Origin: Haliotis rufescens
Taxonomy: Eukaryota
Length of the DNA stretch: 64,000 nucleotides
NCBI RefSeq assembly: GCF_023055435.1
Contig: NW_025963891.1
Location: forward strand, 15,252,001 to 15,316,000
Direction: 5' to 3'
The position numbers and the translations under genes are program-made. Below, one piece after another: positions 35,101 to 50,100 of the stretch; the stretch's first letter is position 1, and the number at the start of each line of letters is the position of its first letter. The notes below the pieces were generated by a model, which had not been told where the DNA came from, did not search any database, and was given only the letters and a program-made list of their open reading frames with translations.

Positions 35101-38100
35101 AAAAAATATCCATAATCATAAATCTCCTTTTGTGTTCATTCCCACAAGGGATTAAAAAATGCATCAATATAATAACCTCAAGCCATCAGCCTTATAGCCT
35201 TTGTCAAGCACAAGAGTGTGCCTTATAAAGGCCAGGAGGCCGAAGGCTTAAGATTATATGCATAATCATAAATCAATGATAAACAACAGGAAATGTTGAG
35301 AAAAAACATAAATAAAATGCTCATTGTAACAGCCATTCTAACACCAACCTGAAAAGAGCCTTGAGGTTCTCAGGCAGCTCTGTTCTTCCAGCATAACCAG
35401 GGTTCATTGTGATGAAGATTCCAACAGTGGGTTTCATCTTGATGGTCTCGCCAAGGAAGTTGAAGATCTTCTTCTTGTCACGGATAGCATCCTGAATACA
35501 TTTGACCTGCACAGCCACCACAGATAACACCTCTACGGCAATACGGTTGAATTCATCAAAACAACCCCAGGAGCCAGACTGTGCCAGACCCTTGTAGATG
35601 TTACCGATAGACTGAAATGAAAAGCAGATTTGGGTTTAACACCAGCATCATTAGCATTTTAGTTAAAGTGGTAGGAATCTTAAAGTGATGCCAGTTGTAA
35701 AGATGTACTATTAATATGAAAGCAAGAAGCAATGTCATGGTGCTGACAAAGGGGGTATAATAATCCAGATGAATCTGAAGTTTTTTTGTCATGTTTTGTT
35801 TGTTGTTTAACACCGAACTCAGCAATATTCCAGCTCTATGATGGCGGTCTGTAAATAATCAAGCCTGAACAAGACAATCCAGTGACTGACGTCATGAGCA
35901 TCGATCTCGCAATTAGGATACGATGACATGCATCTACCAAGTCAGCGAGCCTGACTACCCGATCCCGTTAGTTGCCCAGCAGTATGTCGCAGTACCTCCA
36001 TGATAAACCTTCATATCAATATCAGTAGTTATTTTGCTCTTAAATATGTTTAAACAATAGTCATCAGGAGATGACAAAAAAAACTGCCCACACAATAACA
36101 AAAGGCACCACTTCAGCCACTGGTTAATACATGTACAAAGTTTGGATGAAAAATCTTTTACGGTTTTCAAGTAATGCAGTTTACTATGCTCCAGAAATGA
36201 AATACAGACGGACAGACAGACCAAATGATGACTATATCCCTGCATTATACGCCAGGGGATAAAAAGGAAGTGTAACTTTAATGTGGCACTGACCTTGTAG
36301 TCCATCTGTTCAGAGCAGTTGAACACATACACCATGATACCGAGAGCCCGGCCCAGATCCTTAGTGGTTTCCGTCTTGCCTGTTCCAGCTGGGCCGGCCG
36401 GAGCACCGCTCATGATCAAGTGGAGAGACTGTGTCAGTGTGATGTAGCATCTGAAATGTCAAGACTCCTCAATATACTCTCTATTCCATTTGTAAACATC
36501 AGTTTTCTGATAAAGAACAAGTCTTAAGCAATCAACTCAAATGCTTGTAACAAAATAACTATCACTGAGTCTAATATGACTTTTGTATTCACAAATGAAT
36601 AATTCTGACATCAAATGTACTTTCATTATCTTAATGTTTATTGCAATCTGATATTTAGAAACTCAGCCAAATGCCAATACTTTAGGTATCCCCATGTTAT
36701 GGGTTTTTGGACGCTTAAGAAATATTCGTAGCTTTCTCGCTAATCACAAGAACAACTGTAAAACATCTCACTCAGTTGTAAAAGATGACTTTAGCTTAAA
36801 AACAGGTCATCTGAGAATTTACAATATCCGTGTGACACCACACCCCGTGTTAAGAGCGTGTAATCGCGATAAACATGGCCGTCTGAAAACGTATGCTCCA
36901 GTCCAGTCAGAATGTTATTTATGAAGATCGAGCTACTTTGAGAAATGTGCATTTACATCTTTTGGAATTATCAAACACATAGTACCCCAAAACTAAGCAT
37001 TGCCCACAAAACACTTAATTTTCAGTGAAATAACATACAATTTACCATTAGCAAAGGAACCTAAGCATGTTCCACATAGTACCAGTCTCTGCCAAAAACT
37101 TTTAAGTCCATTAGGGCAAACTTGGCTCAAAGGCTAAACAAAATAATAGTCTTGGTACTCAGGCACTGCCCACATCATCATAAAGTTCATTGCACGTTTC
37201 GGGTTTTTTACCATTTTCAGTTTTTTTTGTGCATTGTGTTTAAGTTTTAGGATTTATAAAAAAAAATTGAAAATGGAAATAGAAACAATACGTGTGGCAG
37301 ACTTTATGATGATGCGGTTGGTGCCTGAGAACCAAGACTATTACATTTTTTAGCCGTAGCATCATGTTCTTTTATGTTATGGACTATTTTAGCTTAGCTT
37401 TCCTGACCGAACTGAATGTTACAAGACCCAAGCTTCGGACTATGACATAATGATAGTCACAGTACAAATACTGCATTGTGGAGGAGAGCCAACAGGCTTA
37501 CATACACTGAGGACATCTGTAGTCACTACTAAAGTTTCCCATGCTGTTACCTGTCAGTCAGTGGTGTAATGACAAGACGAGCAGTGTTGCCGAGATACTC
37601 ATGAGAGTAACGGAACATGGCGTCACAGATATTGGCAAAGCAGTCTCTCTCGTTGTCATCCCATCTGTGTCGGAGCTGAGACAGCCAGGTGAAGGCCTGG
37701 GAACTATCCACTTTCTGTGTGATGAGTTTGGTCACAACATCTCGGGCGTGTACATCAATAGTACAGATAGTCATGATCTTCTGTCTGTCGCCCTTCGACA
37801 GATCTCCAAGCAGCATGGTGATTAAGGCATTCAGTTGGTTTACCTAAACATCAAAACATCACCTGAAACATGTCTTTCTTGAAATCTTCATTAACAGATC
37901 TCACTACCTTGATGAATATCCTTTCTTTGGAAAAAGTGAGTATGGCTTTACGCCGCTTTTAGCAATATTCCAGCAATATCATGGCGGGGTCACCAGAAAT
38001 GGGCTTCACACATTGTACCCATGTCGGGAATCGAACCCGGGTCTTCGGCGTGACAAGCGATCGCTTTAACCAATAGGCTACCCAACTGCCCTCTTTGGAA

Positions 38101-41100
38101 AGAAAGACAGTTAGCAATGACACAAAACATATGATGAAATACATCTACAGATCAACTATTGTAACTCATAGATCTACGATAATCCAAATACCCAAGACAG
38201 TTTGCATCATGGGAGTGTTTACATCATCCTGTAAAAGAGATTCTACCAAAATGAACTGTTTTATTAAAATGCTACAAACCTGTTTCTTGCTGTAGTCCTT
38301 CAATGCATTCTCAAAGCCCTCTTCCAGACGACCGAAAGCGATGTTAACTTCAGTCGTCCACCAGATCTGTGTCCCACACAGAGCAACCTGGGCAGGGTAG
38401 TCAAACAGCCACTGGTCACGAGGCTTCTCTTCATATCCACTCACGGCTTCCGTTAGCTCATGACGCACAGTGCTGCATTGGGAGTCCAATAATCTATTCA
38501 ACCAGACTTCAACCTAAAATAGGAATTATTGTGCGTTAGATATTCATGGAACTATGAACAGCTTGTCAAAACAGATACACTCCAATTGTAAAACACGCCA
38601 GTCGTTACAATTCTTTCAATGCAGAGAAAACTGGATATGGTCACTTGGAATTATTTATCCAAATAGTGAACCACGGTTAAGGAGACTCATGTTACTAGGG
38701 AACAAACTAAATATGGGCATGTCTTAAGAAAGCCTGCTGCTCTTGGTTGACTGAAAACTTGGCAGGCAATCGACTAACCTGTCCTGAAAGGTCACACTGC
38801 TTGTCAAGATCAACATATTCTCCATCTTTGCTGTACATTCCATTTGCTGTCTTGAGTTCTACTCCATTGGAGTCCATTTCAAACTTGAGTTGAGCCATAC
38901 TGTCAAACAGTTTGGTCAAGTGACGTGACACCTGCAATGAATATTATTACATTAGACACAAAACTAGACAAGTGCTTTATGTTACTGATAATGTCACAAT
39001 ACAATATTTGTTTCTTACATTGTTTAACATCACACCCAGCAAAATTCAAGTACTGTGTAAGATGACAGCCTGTAACCAATTCAGTCTGGACAATACAAAC
39101 CAGCGATTGATAGTATGAGCAACATCCCACACATGACGACACACTGTCAACCAAGTAATCAAGCCTGACCATTTAGTTGTGTCTTATGACAAGCATATGT
39201 CAGTCAAGCCAGTCTAACCCAAGTCTCCACAGGAAGCACAATGAGACACTATATCTGATTAAAATCCTCATGCAAATGACCAGTGAAGATCTGGGTTAGA
39301 ATAGGTCTTCAGCAACCCATCCTTGTCATAAAAGGCAGCTACACTTGTTGTAAGAGGCAACTAAAGGGATCGGGTGGTCAGGCTCGCTGACTTGGTTGAT
39401 GCATTTCATTGTATCCCAATTGCATGGATCAATGCTCATGTCAATCACTGGATTGTCTGGTCCAGACTCGATTATTTATAGATTTATTTATAGATTATTT
39501 ATATTATTTACAGGCTGCCATCATATAGCTGAAATATTGCGGAGCAAACAAACAAACTCATCATGCAAACACTGATTAAGTCTTTGAAAGGCATTTAGAA
39601 GTGATAAACAAAGAAAATCTATGGATGTCAACTTGTCAAACACAGCGTTTCAGAGTATATACTTACTCCTTCATCAGGTGAGCATTGGACAGCAGATCTA
39701 GTATTGATGCATGTAAAGAGCAGGCTTAATAGTGAAGGATGGTTTGATGTTCTCTAAGTAATCACTATCACTGAAGACCTACCACTGGTGGGTTATTTCC
39801 ATTGGACAAAATATCCAGCAAGTCTGCTGATGACACAAAGTAGAATCTTGGGAAGGCCAGACGCTTTGTCTCCAAGTATTCTGCGAGTGCCTTCTCACAA
39901 ATCGACAGTGAACTTTGCAGTGCTTCTAATCGTTCATACAACTTAGGCTGGTTGGTAGACTCCACAACATTCTTACTCTTCTCAAATTCACCCACTAATT
40001 CCTGAAAATAACAAACCACACATGAATCAATGTTGTAGAAGAAGTCTCGAGGACTTACAAAAGTTAAAAACACAACAACCAAATACTGTCAATATCATAT
40101 GTCAGATCTCAGTGAGGGAGTTACTGTACATCGTAGAATAAACACCTGCCTTGAATAAACACCGGGTCAAACAACCTCTGCCTTGAATAAATGTAGGGTA
40201 AAACTACCCTCTGCCTTGAATAAATGTAGGGTAAAACTTATGATTGAATCCATATCAGCGTCCACCCTCTCAGCCCCATTACCTTGAAGTCAGAGTCAAT
40301 GTTGTCAAATCTCTTGGAATCTTCTGGCAGCTGGTTCCGAATGTCCTCGGAGCCAATGAAGATACTCTCCAGATGAGACCAGGTCCTCTGTACCTCCATA
40401 TAGATGGTGATCACCTGATCAGCTGTAGACAACTTCTTCTGCCAGCCAGACACCTCAGTTAGGAAGTGAGCGATGTACTTCGACGTCATCATGTTTTGTA
40501 GTTGTACCTGGAAAATGACAATTGAAATAGGAGACATTGTGTATGAACACGTACTGTAAATCTTGAAATTAATGCATCCCCAAATTTATACGACTGCTGA
40601 CCCCTAGCCAAAAATGCGACACAATATCAATGCGACTCCCCCTTCTGTCTCTATTCAAGTAGGTATTTCCGCTGTCCTAAGTGTGCAGTGAGGCAGTCTT
40701 ATTGTTGATAGTCATTTTTGCGACATAAATGCGAAGTTTCATTAATGCGAGCGAAAACCACTCTCATTTTTGGCATTATCTACGCTCACGTTAATTTCAA
40801 GATTTACGGTAACTAAAATAGTGTTCTATAAATCCAGTGATACTGTAACAATGCTATTGCTCTTTATTTTCAAATTGCTGTTAATAGAAACTGACCTGGT
40901 TATCTTCCAGTGTCTCTATGAGTTCCTCACTGGTCTTGATCATCGTCATGGAAGTGCGGGGGTGTTTCTCATGCTCAAACTCCATGTTGGACCATGTGAC
41001 GTCCAGCTCCTTGAGCACCTTCTCCATACTCATCTCCTTCACAGCCTTGTCCACGATGTTGCGGACCTCCTCCTCATAGTTGTGCAAGTTGAGGGAGAGG

Positions 41101-44100
41101 AGATCAGCCAGGGTTGTGCTTTCATCCATCATGAAGCGCACCTTCAGGAGAGATGGATCAATTAAAATCAGGATGGATCCCAGTATGCCTGATCTCTAGC
41201 CACCCTTCCCAGCAAGTTGAAAAAAAGTGAGTGAGTGAGTTGGGTTTAACGCCGCTTTTAACAGTATTCCAGTTATATCACGGCGTGTCAGCTTAATGTG
41301 GGAGGAAAGCCCAAATTGAAGCAGGTCTCAGATGTTTACCCCTTCGGTGAAACCAACGAGCAAGGGTATGGTGCTGACAAACCTAGAAACATTTGAACCC
41401 ACAATCATAGATTTCTGACGTGCCCAAGGGATGCAACTCTGCACAGCGAATAGTTGAAAAAAGGATTGATTTTCCTTTATATATTGATTAACAATTATGC
41501 TAAAAGTATCAGTAGCATCATCCTTAAAAAATGTAAAACAATATCTTGTTTCAAAAAGCATGAACATTTGATCAAAAACACGAATTTTGTTCAATTATTA
41601 CCCCGGACAATGATTAAACAGTATGAAACTTGCCTTTGTGGCTGCCATAAGCTGTTGCCAATGTCTCTCTCTGATGGCTGGGTTCTGCAACTCACTGACA
41701 GCTCGGAGTGATGTAAGCATGTTCTTCACCTGGTCCTCCACACCAACGTAGGCGTCCCAGGCTCGCATCTCCTTGTCCAAGGTACGGATATCCTTGGCAA
41801 ACTTTTTGCAGTCCATGTCCATCTGTTCCACATTGATTTCCTTCCAGGGCGTTGTCTTCCAGTCATCTATACTGCTGCGCACAATGGTGATGTAGTCCCA
41901 TAAGACCTTGAGAAGCTTGATCTCCTTACGACACTGTTTCAGCTGCTTGAAGTCCGGAACATTCACCTCAAACAGACCAGCACTGTCCAGAAGAACTGCC
42001 ATTTCTCGCTCCATGGAAAGGATTTCTTCATTATTCTAAAAACCAAATATTCCTTTCATGAGCTTCTTCGGGAAAATAATAAAGCATACTAGGTCAACAT
42101 TCATGAATGTGTGTGTGTATGTGGCTGCTTGTACTAGAGATTATAACATGAACTCCCAGTCAAATATCGAATGCGTCATATGACATTGCAAGTATACATC
42201 ATTTTAGAGACACAAGTTGAACTCTGATTAGCAAGGAAACAAACCTTGTCAAGCAGATCATAGGGCCTTTCACAGTCGTATCTGAATGGTTTGATGTTCC
42301 TGAACCTTTCTCTGAATTTGTGTTGGTTGACATCGAAGGAGGCGCTCTTCTTTCGAATGTTGGCAACCTCATTAGCCTGCAGTGGTGCAACTGTCTGTTT
42401 GATTGTGATGCCAATCTTCTTGGTGTTGTTCCACTGCTCCGGGAGTTCCTGACAATACAAAACATGAAAAGCTTTAGCCATTTTTTCAGAACCAATACAC
42501 CAAATCTTGGAAACAAATTCTCAAATATTCTATGCGAAAACGATTTGGAAAAATGTGTCGTTCCGTTTCGTCAAGGAAAACAATTGTTGATGCAGCGTTA
42601 GAAACTGGCACTAGTCCTATAGTCCTTGCCAAACTGCCCAATAGTAAAGGTATCATAAGGACTAGTAGAAATTTTTAAGGGGTTTTGCTATATAATATCA
42701 TTACAAGGTCTCGTGGACTATAAATGTAAGTTTCTACAACTGTTGATCGCTTCAAAACATACTCCGAATGAACGGTTTATTAAAATAAATGCGTTTAGAA
42801 TAATCCTCCAACCTGAAGCTGGACATGAACTTCCTCCGGCATCTCCTGTTCGTAGGTTTTCAACAACTCAATGGTGTGTTTGAGAGGCTCAAACATCTCG
42901 TCTGTGGAACTCTGCCTCTCTCGCACAGCAAACAGATGACCCATGACATTCACCAGCCCGTTATAGTCTCCCTCTTCAACGGGTGAGTTCAGACCAGTAT
43001 CGGTCACCTTGATGAAGTCAGACAACTCGTTCAAGCTGAAGAAAAGAAATATAAAATGTAGGCAATATTTTGTTTGACATGATTTGCAAGATCCTGAATG
43101 ATTTGTATAGTTCAGATGCCCAATCAACATAATATAATTGTAAGAGTATTAATCTTTGCCAAAACCTTTGGAGTCGACCAGCCCGAGCTTGACATCCTTT
43201 TCAATACATTTCAGTGTCATAATTTGAACTAATATTAGCTGAGCATACCAGACTGAAGGGAATTGTACCAGACAAGGGCTTCATACCGTTTCTTTGTTTG
43301 TTGTTTAACACCACACTCAGCAATATTACAGCTATATGACGGCGGTCTGTAAACAATTGAGTCTGGACCAGACAATCCAGTGATTGACATCATGAGCATC
43401 GATCCACGCAGTTGGGATACAATGACATCCTCCAACCAAGTCAGCGAGCCTGACCACCCGATCCTGTCAGTCGCCCCTTACGACAAGCATAGACGCCTTT
43501 TACGGCAAGCATGGGTTGCTGAAGACCTATTCTACTCCGGATTTTCACGGGCTTCATACTAGTTGCTAAAGTCACAGGCTGGTGTTATGCATAGCAGAAC
43601 GATGGAACTCAATAAATGATTCTGGAAAATGAGAGAGTCGAGTTTCCCCACTTGGAGCAATATTCCAGCCATATTATGATGGTGTGCACTGAGAACGGGT
43701 TTCACACATTGCCCCACAAGGAGAATCAAAGTCCATGACCAAATGCTCTACACTGTTAGTTATCCCACCACCCTCTGAAACATACCTGTTGGTAACATGG
43801 TCAATGAGATGCTGTTTGAACATGAAGCTCCATCTCTTGATGATGTTGAGCAGGGCTTGTTTGAAGGGTTTGGCATCAACTCTGAACCAACTCTCAAATA
43901 TTGTCATGCCCCCAATATGCTCAGCCTCTTCATAGATCTTTTCATATGTGTCGATCTACAAACAAATTCATTCTCATCAAAATACATGAAACTCATTCAT
44001 CACAAAACTGTCACATATGCATAGTTCATCTGATGTCACTTAACAGATGTGCTTAAAACCAGACCATCAAAAATACTTTAAAGTCCATGGCAGAGATTAT

Positions 44101-47100
44101 AAAATACTTATGAGGATTATTTTTTTTTTTTAAATACAGTGCGGGGGGGAGGGGAGGTTTCTTTGTTTTCTTTTTTGTTGTTGTTGTTTTTGTTCTAACC
44201 AAATAGACAGTTGTGTAACCAAATAAACAACTGTGTACAATCAACCTTAGAAAGGGCCTCCCTACATAAATGAAACCCTTGACGAGTAAGGTACGCGAGT
44301 AAAGTACTTGAATACTGTGTTTTACCACTGTTGCACTTGGCATATTTAAGGATTTTTGTTGTTTTTTAAAATGGAAATAAAAACAAAATACGGTGAACTT
44401 TATGATGATGCGGGCAATGCTTGAGAACCAAGACTATTATTTGTTTTAGCCTAAAACATTTTATAAAGCTATACATCACGACACCGCCATACCTGTTCTT
44501 TGAACTGGTCAAGAGTAGGTGGGCATTCAGGCACGCCCTCATCAGCATGGGCTTCAATCTCCTCAGTGGTCAGCACGTGATTGTACAGCAGGAACTGACG
44601 CATGAACTCATTACGGTCATCCACCCACAAGTAGGCGTAGTTGTCAAACGAGTTGCGGTACTCGCAAGCCTTGTTCATGATGTTCTGTACTCTATCCATC
44701 AGCTCTTGACGCATCTCAGACAACTCCTCCATGTCCTCTAGGTCAGGCTGCAAAATGTGACACAAACTTCAAACTTAGCACTTGTCATTTAATATTTATT
44801 ATTATTTATCATGGACTTGACAATGTCAAACATGTTCGGTAAATTATTCAGAAGACGTTCAGTAAATGAAACATTGGCTTTCACTGAATCAGAACCATTT
44901 CCCACCAAGGATGTATCAAACATAACAAGCATGAAATACTCATATCCTCCTCATTTTCAGTCTAAGTAAAAGTCATTGCTATGCAAACTCAAAAAACAAA
45001 ATTTTCACAAATCCCAAACTATCAAAAGGCAGCAGTTTACCACTAGACCCATCTATGTGCCAAGTTTGGTGAAGAAATATAGTAAAGTTTTCAAGATCTG
45101 ATTCGGAAAAGAGCACTACCACTATTTTCAGCCTAAGTCAAAGTCATTGCCATGGAAACTCGAACAATAAAAAAAATTTAAATCACAAACTATCAAAAGG
45201 CACCAATTCATTACTAGACCTATCTAAGTGTTAAGTTTGGTTAAGATATCTGTAATGATTTTTTAGTTTTGCTCCAGAAACGAAACATGACGGAGGGACA
45301 GCCCCCATACCTATATTCCCCTTTCACTTTGTGACATGGGATAAAAAAATTACTAAAGACATTTGTACCTGATAGTGTTCCTGGCCACTGTGTGTTGCCA
45401 ATCTTAGAATGAGAGAGGATTGTTTATAAATATCCCCTACAAGCCCATCCACTAAGTCATAGTAGCCATCGGCAACACCATAGTCCAGTGATGGCAAGAA
45501 CACCATGTCCGGCACATGCAGTTCCAGATGAGCTTCAAACAGTGATGGAGGGTTATTCTTGAGATCAGTGTTATCCAAGAAGTGATGTAAACTGCAGTGG
45601 ATTGTGTTGAAGAATCCATCCACAATCATTTCATCTACATAGTCAACATAAGCTTTCCAGGTGTCAGACCCTGCCTCTCCTTTGAAAAACTCCAGATTTT
45701 CCTGAAATACAATTAATAACCATAACAGTACAGCCAGCATTTCAGTGCATTTCAAAAGAAACAAGGCAAAAGTGAGCAGAGCTTACTAATAACCCCGACT
45801 TCGACTCCAACATATTTCTAAGTTCCAAACCTGAAAAAAGCAATATTTTCTCAGAAAATCCAAATATCGAAATCAAACTTTGCACTGCACCTCTCCTATT
45901 GGTATAGAAACTGTAACTACAATTGGAAAAGAATCCACAAAGTCATTTTCAAGTTATAGGTCTGACAAATGTTGAAGTAAAAAAATATTCTGAGTTCAAA
46001 ACATGAAAAAAATCATACATTTTTAGAAAATACACATACCAAAATCAAACTTCGCACTGCACCTCTTAAATTAGTATGAAAATTATTCCTTAAGATTAAA
46101 AAGAATCCAAGCTGTACTTTTCAAGTAATAGGTCGCACAAATGTTTCAGTAAAAAAGTAAATAAATTCTAAGTAAAATTTTGTAGCGCACAAAAATGTCT
46201 TCAGAAGGATGGACAGACGGAATTCCTTGGTATAACTATATACCCTGCCCTTTTAGGTCAGGGGCATAAAAAACAAAATAATGTACAATCACAGCTCTTT
46301 TCGCCATAAAGACAGTGTTTAGCCCTTTATCAATTAACACAATTCTAAATAAAATCTCATGTGATAATGCATACCTTCAGCAAACCATGTATTTTCTCTC
46401 CCGCCGTCCTGACTTCAGTGTAGCGCTTGTTAAGCCTATCTTCCCTGTCATCAAGATTCAACAAGCTATCATGCTTATCCTCCTTTCTCACAAACAGGGG
46501 GTTCTTGCTCCATGTTGTCATAATTTTCTGGATCTTTTCAACATTGTCCTTGGCTTTCTGAACTCGTGTTTCTAAATCGTGCACCTTATCTCTTGTTTCC
46601 TGAATATATTCCCATACTCCTGGAAAAAAGGGGAAGTATTATAAAAAATGTTCAACATAATTCCAACTACAAGATCTGTAATACTGAGAGATACAGGGTT
46701 AACTCTAAGAATTTTCTGATAGGCCCTTCATGTGAAGATTTCAAATATTCCAGAGGTACACCCACACTTGCCCATACAACACAATGTCAAAATGCCCCAT
46801 TGTATTTGAAAATGTGGGCCGTTTTTCAAAAGTAGGGGCTAAAAGCACAAGGACACAATTATCCCTGAAGATAGTTTAAGTTTAGAACCTCAATGTGTCC
46901 CCATTCTACAATTCTAAGAGTGAGTATGGTTTTACGCCGCTTTTAGCAACATTCCAGCAATATCACAGCGGAGGACACCAGAAATGGGCTTCACACATTG
47001 AACCCATGTCGGGAATCGAACCCGGGTCTTCAGCATGACGAGTGAACGCTAGGCTACCCGACTGCCCCCTTCAATTCTAAGAAAATATGATCAGAAAACA

Positions 47101-50100
47101 ATTTTCTACAACACAATCACCACAAATTTCTGATGTAGTACCAAATGCACCTGATACTAATGGTGAGAACAGAGAGAAAAAGAATTACTTATGTTGAACA
47201 ATATCAGGTAAACACGTTCAGCACTGTAAGCTTGGATGAAAAGCTGACTCACCGTCTCCATTCCAGTTGAGAGACTTCTCCGCTTGTTCCAACTGGACAT
47301 CGATCTCCTGCAGTTGTCCCTCTATCAGGGGAAACTCCACCTCTAGCACTGTAGTCCTCACTTTATTATACCATTGCACAGTAAGGTCCAGATTAGCAAC
47401 ATACTTCCTGAATGTGTCATTTCTTTCAAACATAGCATTAGCACTTTGTGGAATTTCCTCTTCAGAACGAATTTCTAGATATTTCACTTCTCTCAATACT
47501 GCCACAAGCTGAAATAATGAAACAAACCAATATAATAATTAAATTTTCTCTTTGATGCTACAAAACCAGTTTCATAGAATTTTTGTCATTTTCCAATGAA
47601 GGAACTTTGTCACTAGTCAGTGAGTCACATGGATTTGAACTGTAAGCTAAATCACAGCATGTCAGCTTAATGTAAAAAAACAACCATAATTAGAGCAAAT
47701 CTGAAATTCTTATCCTTAATCAGCAGATCCTTGTATGGGTAAGGGAGTCAACTGTGAGCAAAGAATGGTGTCTGATCCCAATTAGATCACTGGGATAATC
47801 ATGTCCGTTTTTCTTCAACATTTTCTTTATGACCTTGGTTATTTATCACTATATCATACAGTTTTACGCTGCTGAGGTAGTCTGTTCTGTGTTATGTAAA
47901 TGACTTGCCTGTGGATCAAAGTTGACAGTGATGAGTTTAGATTCTTCGGTCCTATTGAGGATAGGTTGTGACAGGTTAAAGGAGCAGGCCTCATCCACAC
48001 CCTGTGTCCATTCATTGTAGATCTGCTGGTCCCACCTGAACACAAACACAACCATGAGGTTTTGCAGAGGAAAAGGATTCAATTGAAAATCAAATTTTAA
48101 GTCCACTGTTAAAAAATGATTACAAAGTTTTACAAACTTCTGTATTTAATCCCAAGATTACAGAATATCTTTAGAACAATATCAATATTAAACAATAACT
48201 CACTCTCCCAGCAGCTTCATCATTTCTTCATACTTTGTATACACCAGTTTCGCTTCCTCTGTGTCCATACATCTATAATTCAAGACAAAAATGACCAATA
48301 TTAAAACATAATGATAAACATCAGAATTCTGGATTTATGAATCCACAATTTTTAAATATTTTGAACTTTCATTCACAATATGGTCACAGTAAGATGCAAT
48401 AATGTATCAAGGTGATAAAACTTAACAGTTTTAACTCAAGGTAATGACATTTTACTGCATTACATTTCTTCAAATTAAGATAGAAAGGTATGCATGTGAA
48501 TACCGTATTCACTTATAAGCGCTCCGCTCTAATAAGCGCCCACGGCGATATTTGCTAATATATTGGCTGGTGAACAATCCCAATTAGCAACGCTTCCGAT
48601 TGTTAAATGTACACAAGATTTATTTATTCGTGTATAATACGTGTGTTATATGCATCCTTAATTGTGGGAAATTAGATTCTGGAAAAACACATCTGTCGTA
48701 TATAAATATTTCAGGCTGTCAGCATAAACCACGAAATTTACGATCTTTTAACCCTGTTGTTTTTCACCAAAATAATATTCTAATAAAAAAAAACTATTTC
48801 TAATTTTGAGAGCACCCTGGGCGCTTATTATGTCGAATACGGTAGATACATCCATTATCAATCACTTACGGGTGCTCAATATGTTTGAAGTTCCCCATGG
48901 GTATAGATATTCTATCCCGTAGCTCCTTGGCCCATCGCAGTCCACCCGACATTTCGGGCATATTCTTGTGAATAGGTGCTCTCTTTGTTTCCCTCTTGAT
49001 TGTCATTTGAGCATCATAGATATGTTTTGCATCATCAAGGCAGGTATTCATCATTGTGACAATCGTTGGGTATTTCTTATCAAAATCACTCTTGATGAGA
49101 TTTCTTTCCAGGAGTGTGCCTGTGATGTCAATTAGCTGCAAGGAAAAAGGACATGAATAGGCAACAAAATACATGGCAACATTCAAGAGATGTAGAATGA
49201 TTACACCCCTAACACAGGAAAAAGTGGATTTATCAAAATTATTGAAGATCTGCGACCCGTTCCACAAAGCGATCTTAGCGCTAGGACTATTGTAAGCCAG
49301 TGTTAAAGTATGGGAGTTACGATCACCTCAGTGCTAAGATGGCTTTGTGGAACAGGGCCCTGGCATGCAAATATATCTTGCAATAGAAAACAGCTAATAC
49401 CAACAAACAAACCCAAAATTATAAGAAACAAAGAATTCTGAGAAAGAGTTCGAAAAAATTAACAATTATGTATATAAATTGTTGCACATTCATAGAAACG
49501 AATTACCTTGAAGATGGACTCCAGTCCTGAGCAGTCATCATATGCTTGACAAATTATGGTTGCTAGTCTTCTGTCAAAGTCTCCAATTTTCTCTAAGAAA
49601 CTGTTGTAGTCGTCAAGGAATTCCTGACTGTTGGGGTCAAGACAGTCGTAGGAGCGGTCAGAGAACACCTTATACACTTCATTGAACTCTTCAAAGATCT
49701 GCACAACCTGAGCACTGAGTGACTTCCCCTTGATGCCGCCAAGCTCAATCTTCTCAAGTTTCATCATTTCCAAGGCGGTTTCCATGAGTTCCTGGAACAA
49801 TCAACACAGTAAGCATATGAGAAACAAAAGTCATGTGTATGGAAGGAGTGCCGGTGTTCTAAAAACATAACACAAACAAATGAATCAAAACATCAAGATG
49901 GTCTACAAATAAAAAACGTATATACAGTAAACAACGGTTATAACGAACTCAAAGGGACCACTAATTTTAGTGTGTTATAAAAACATATACACGTATACAA
50001 CATATATATACAGCAAAGGGCCAGGACCCCAAAAAAGTTTGTTATATCCGTCAGTTCGTTATAAGTTGTTCATTTACACAGTTTACTGTACTGTTAAAAT

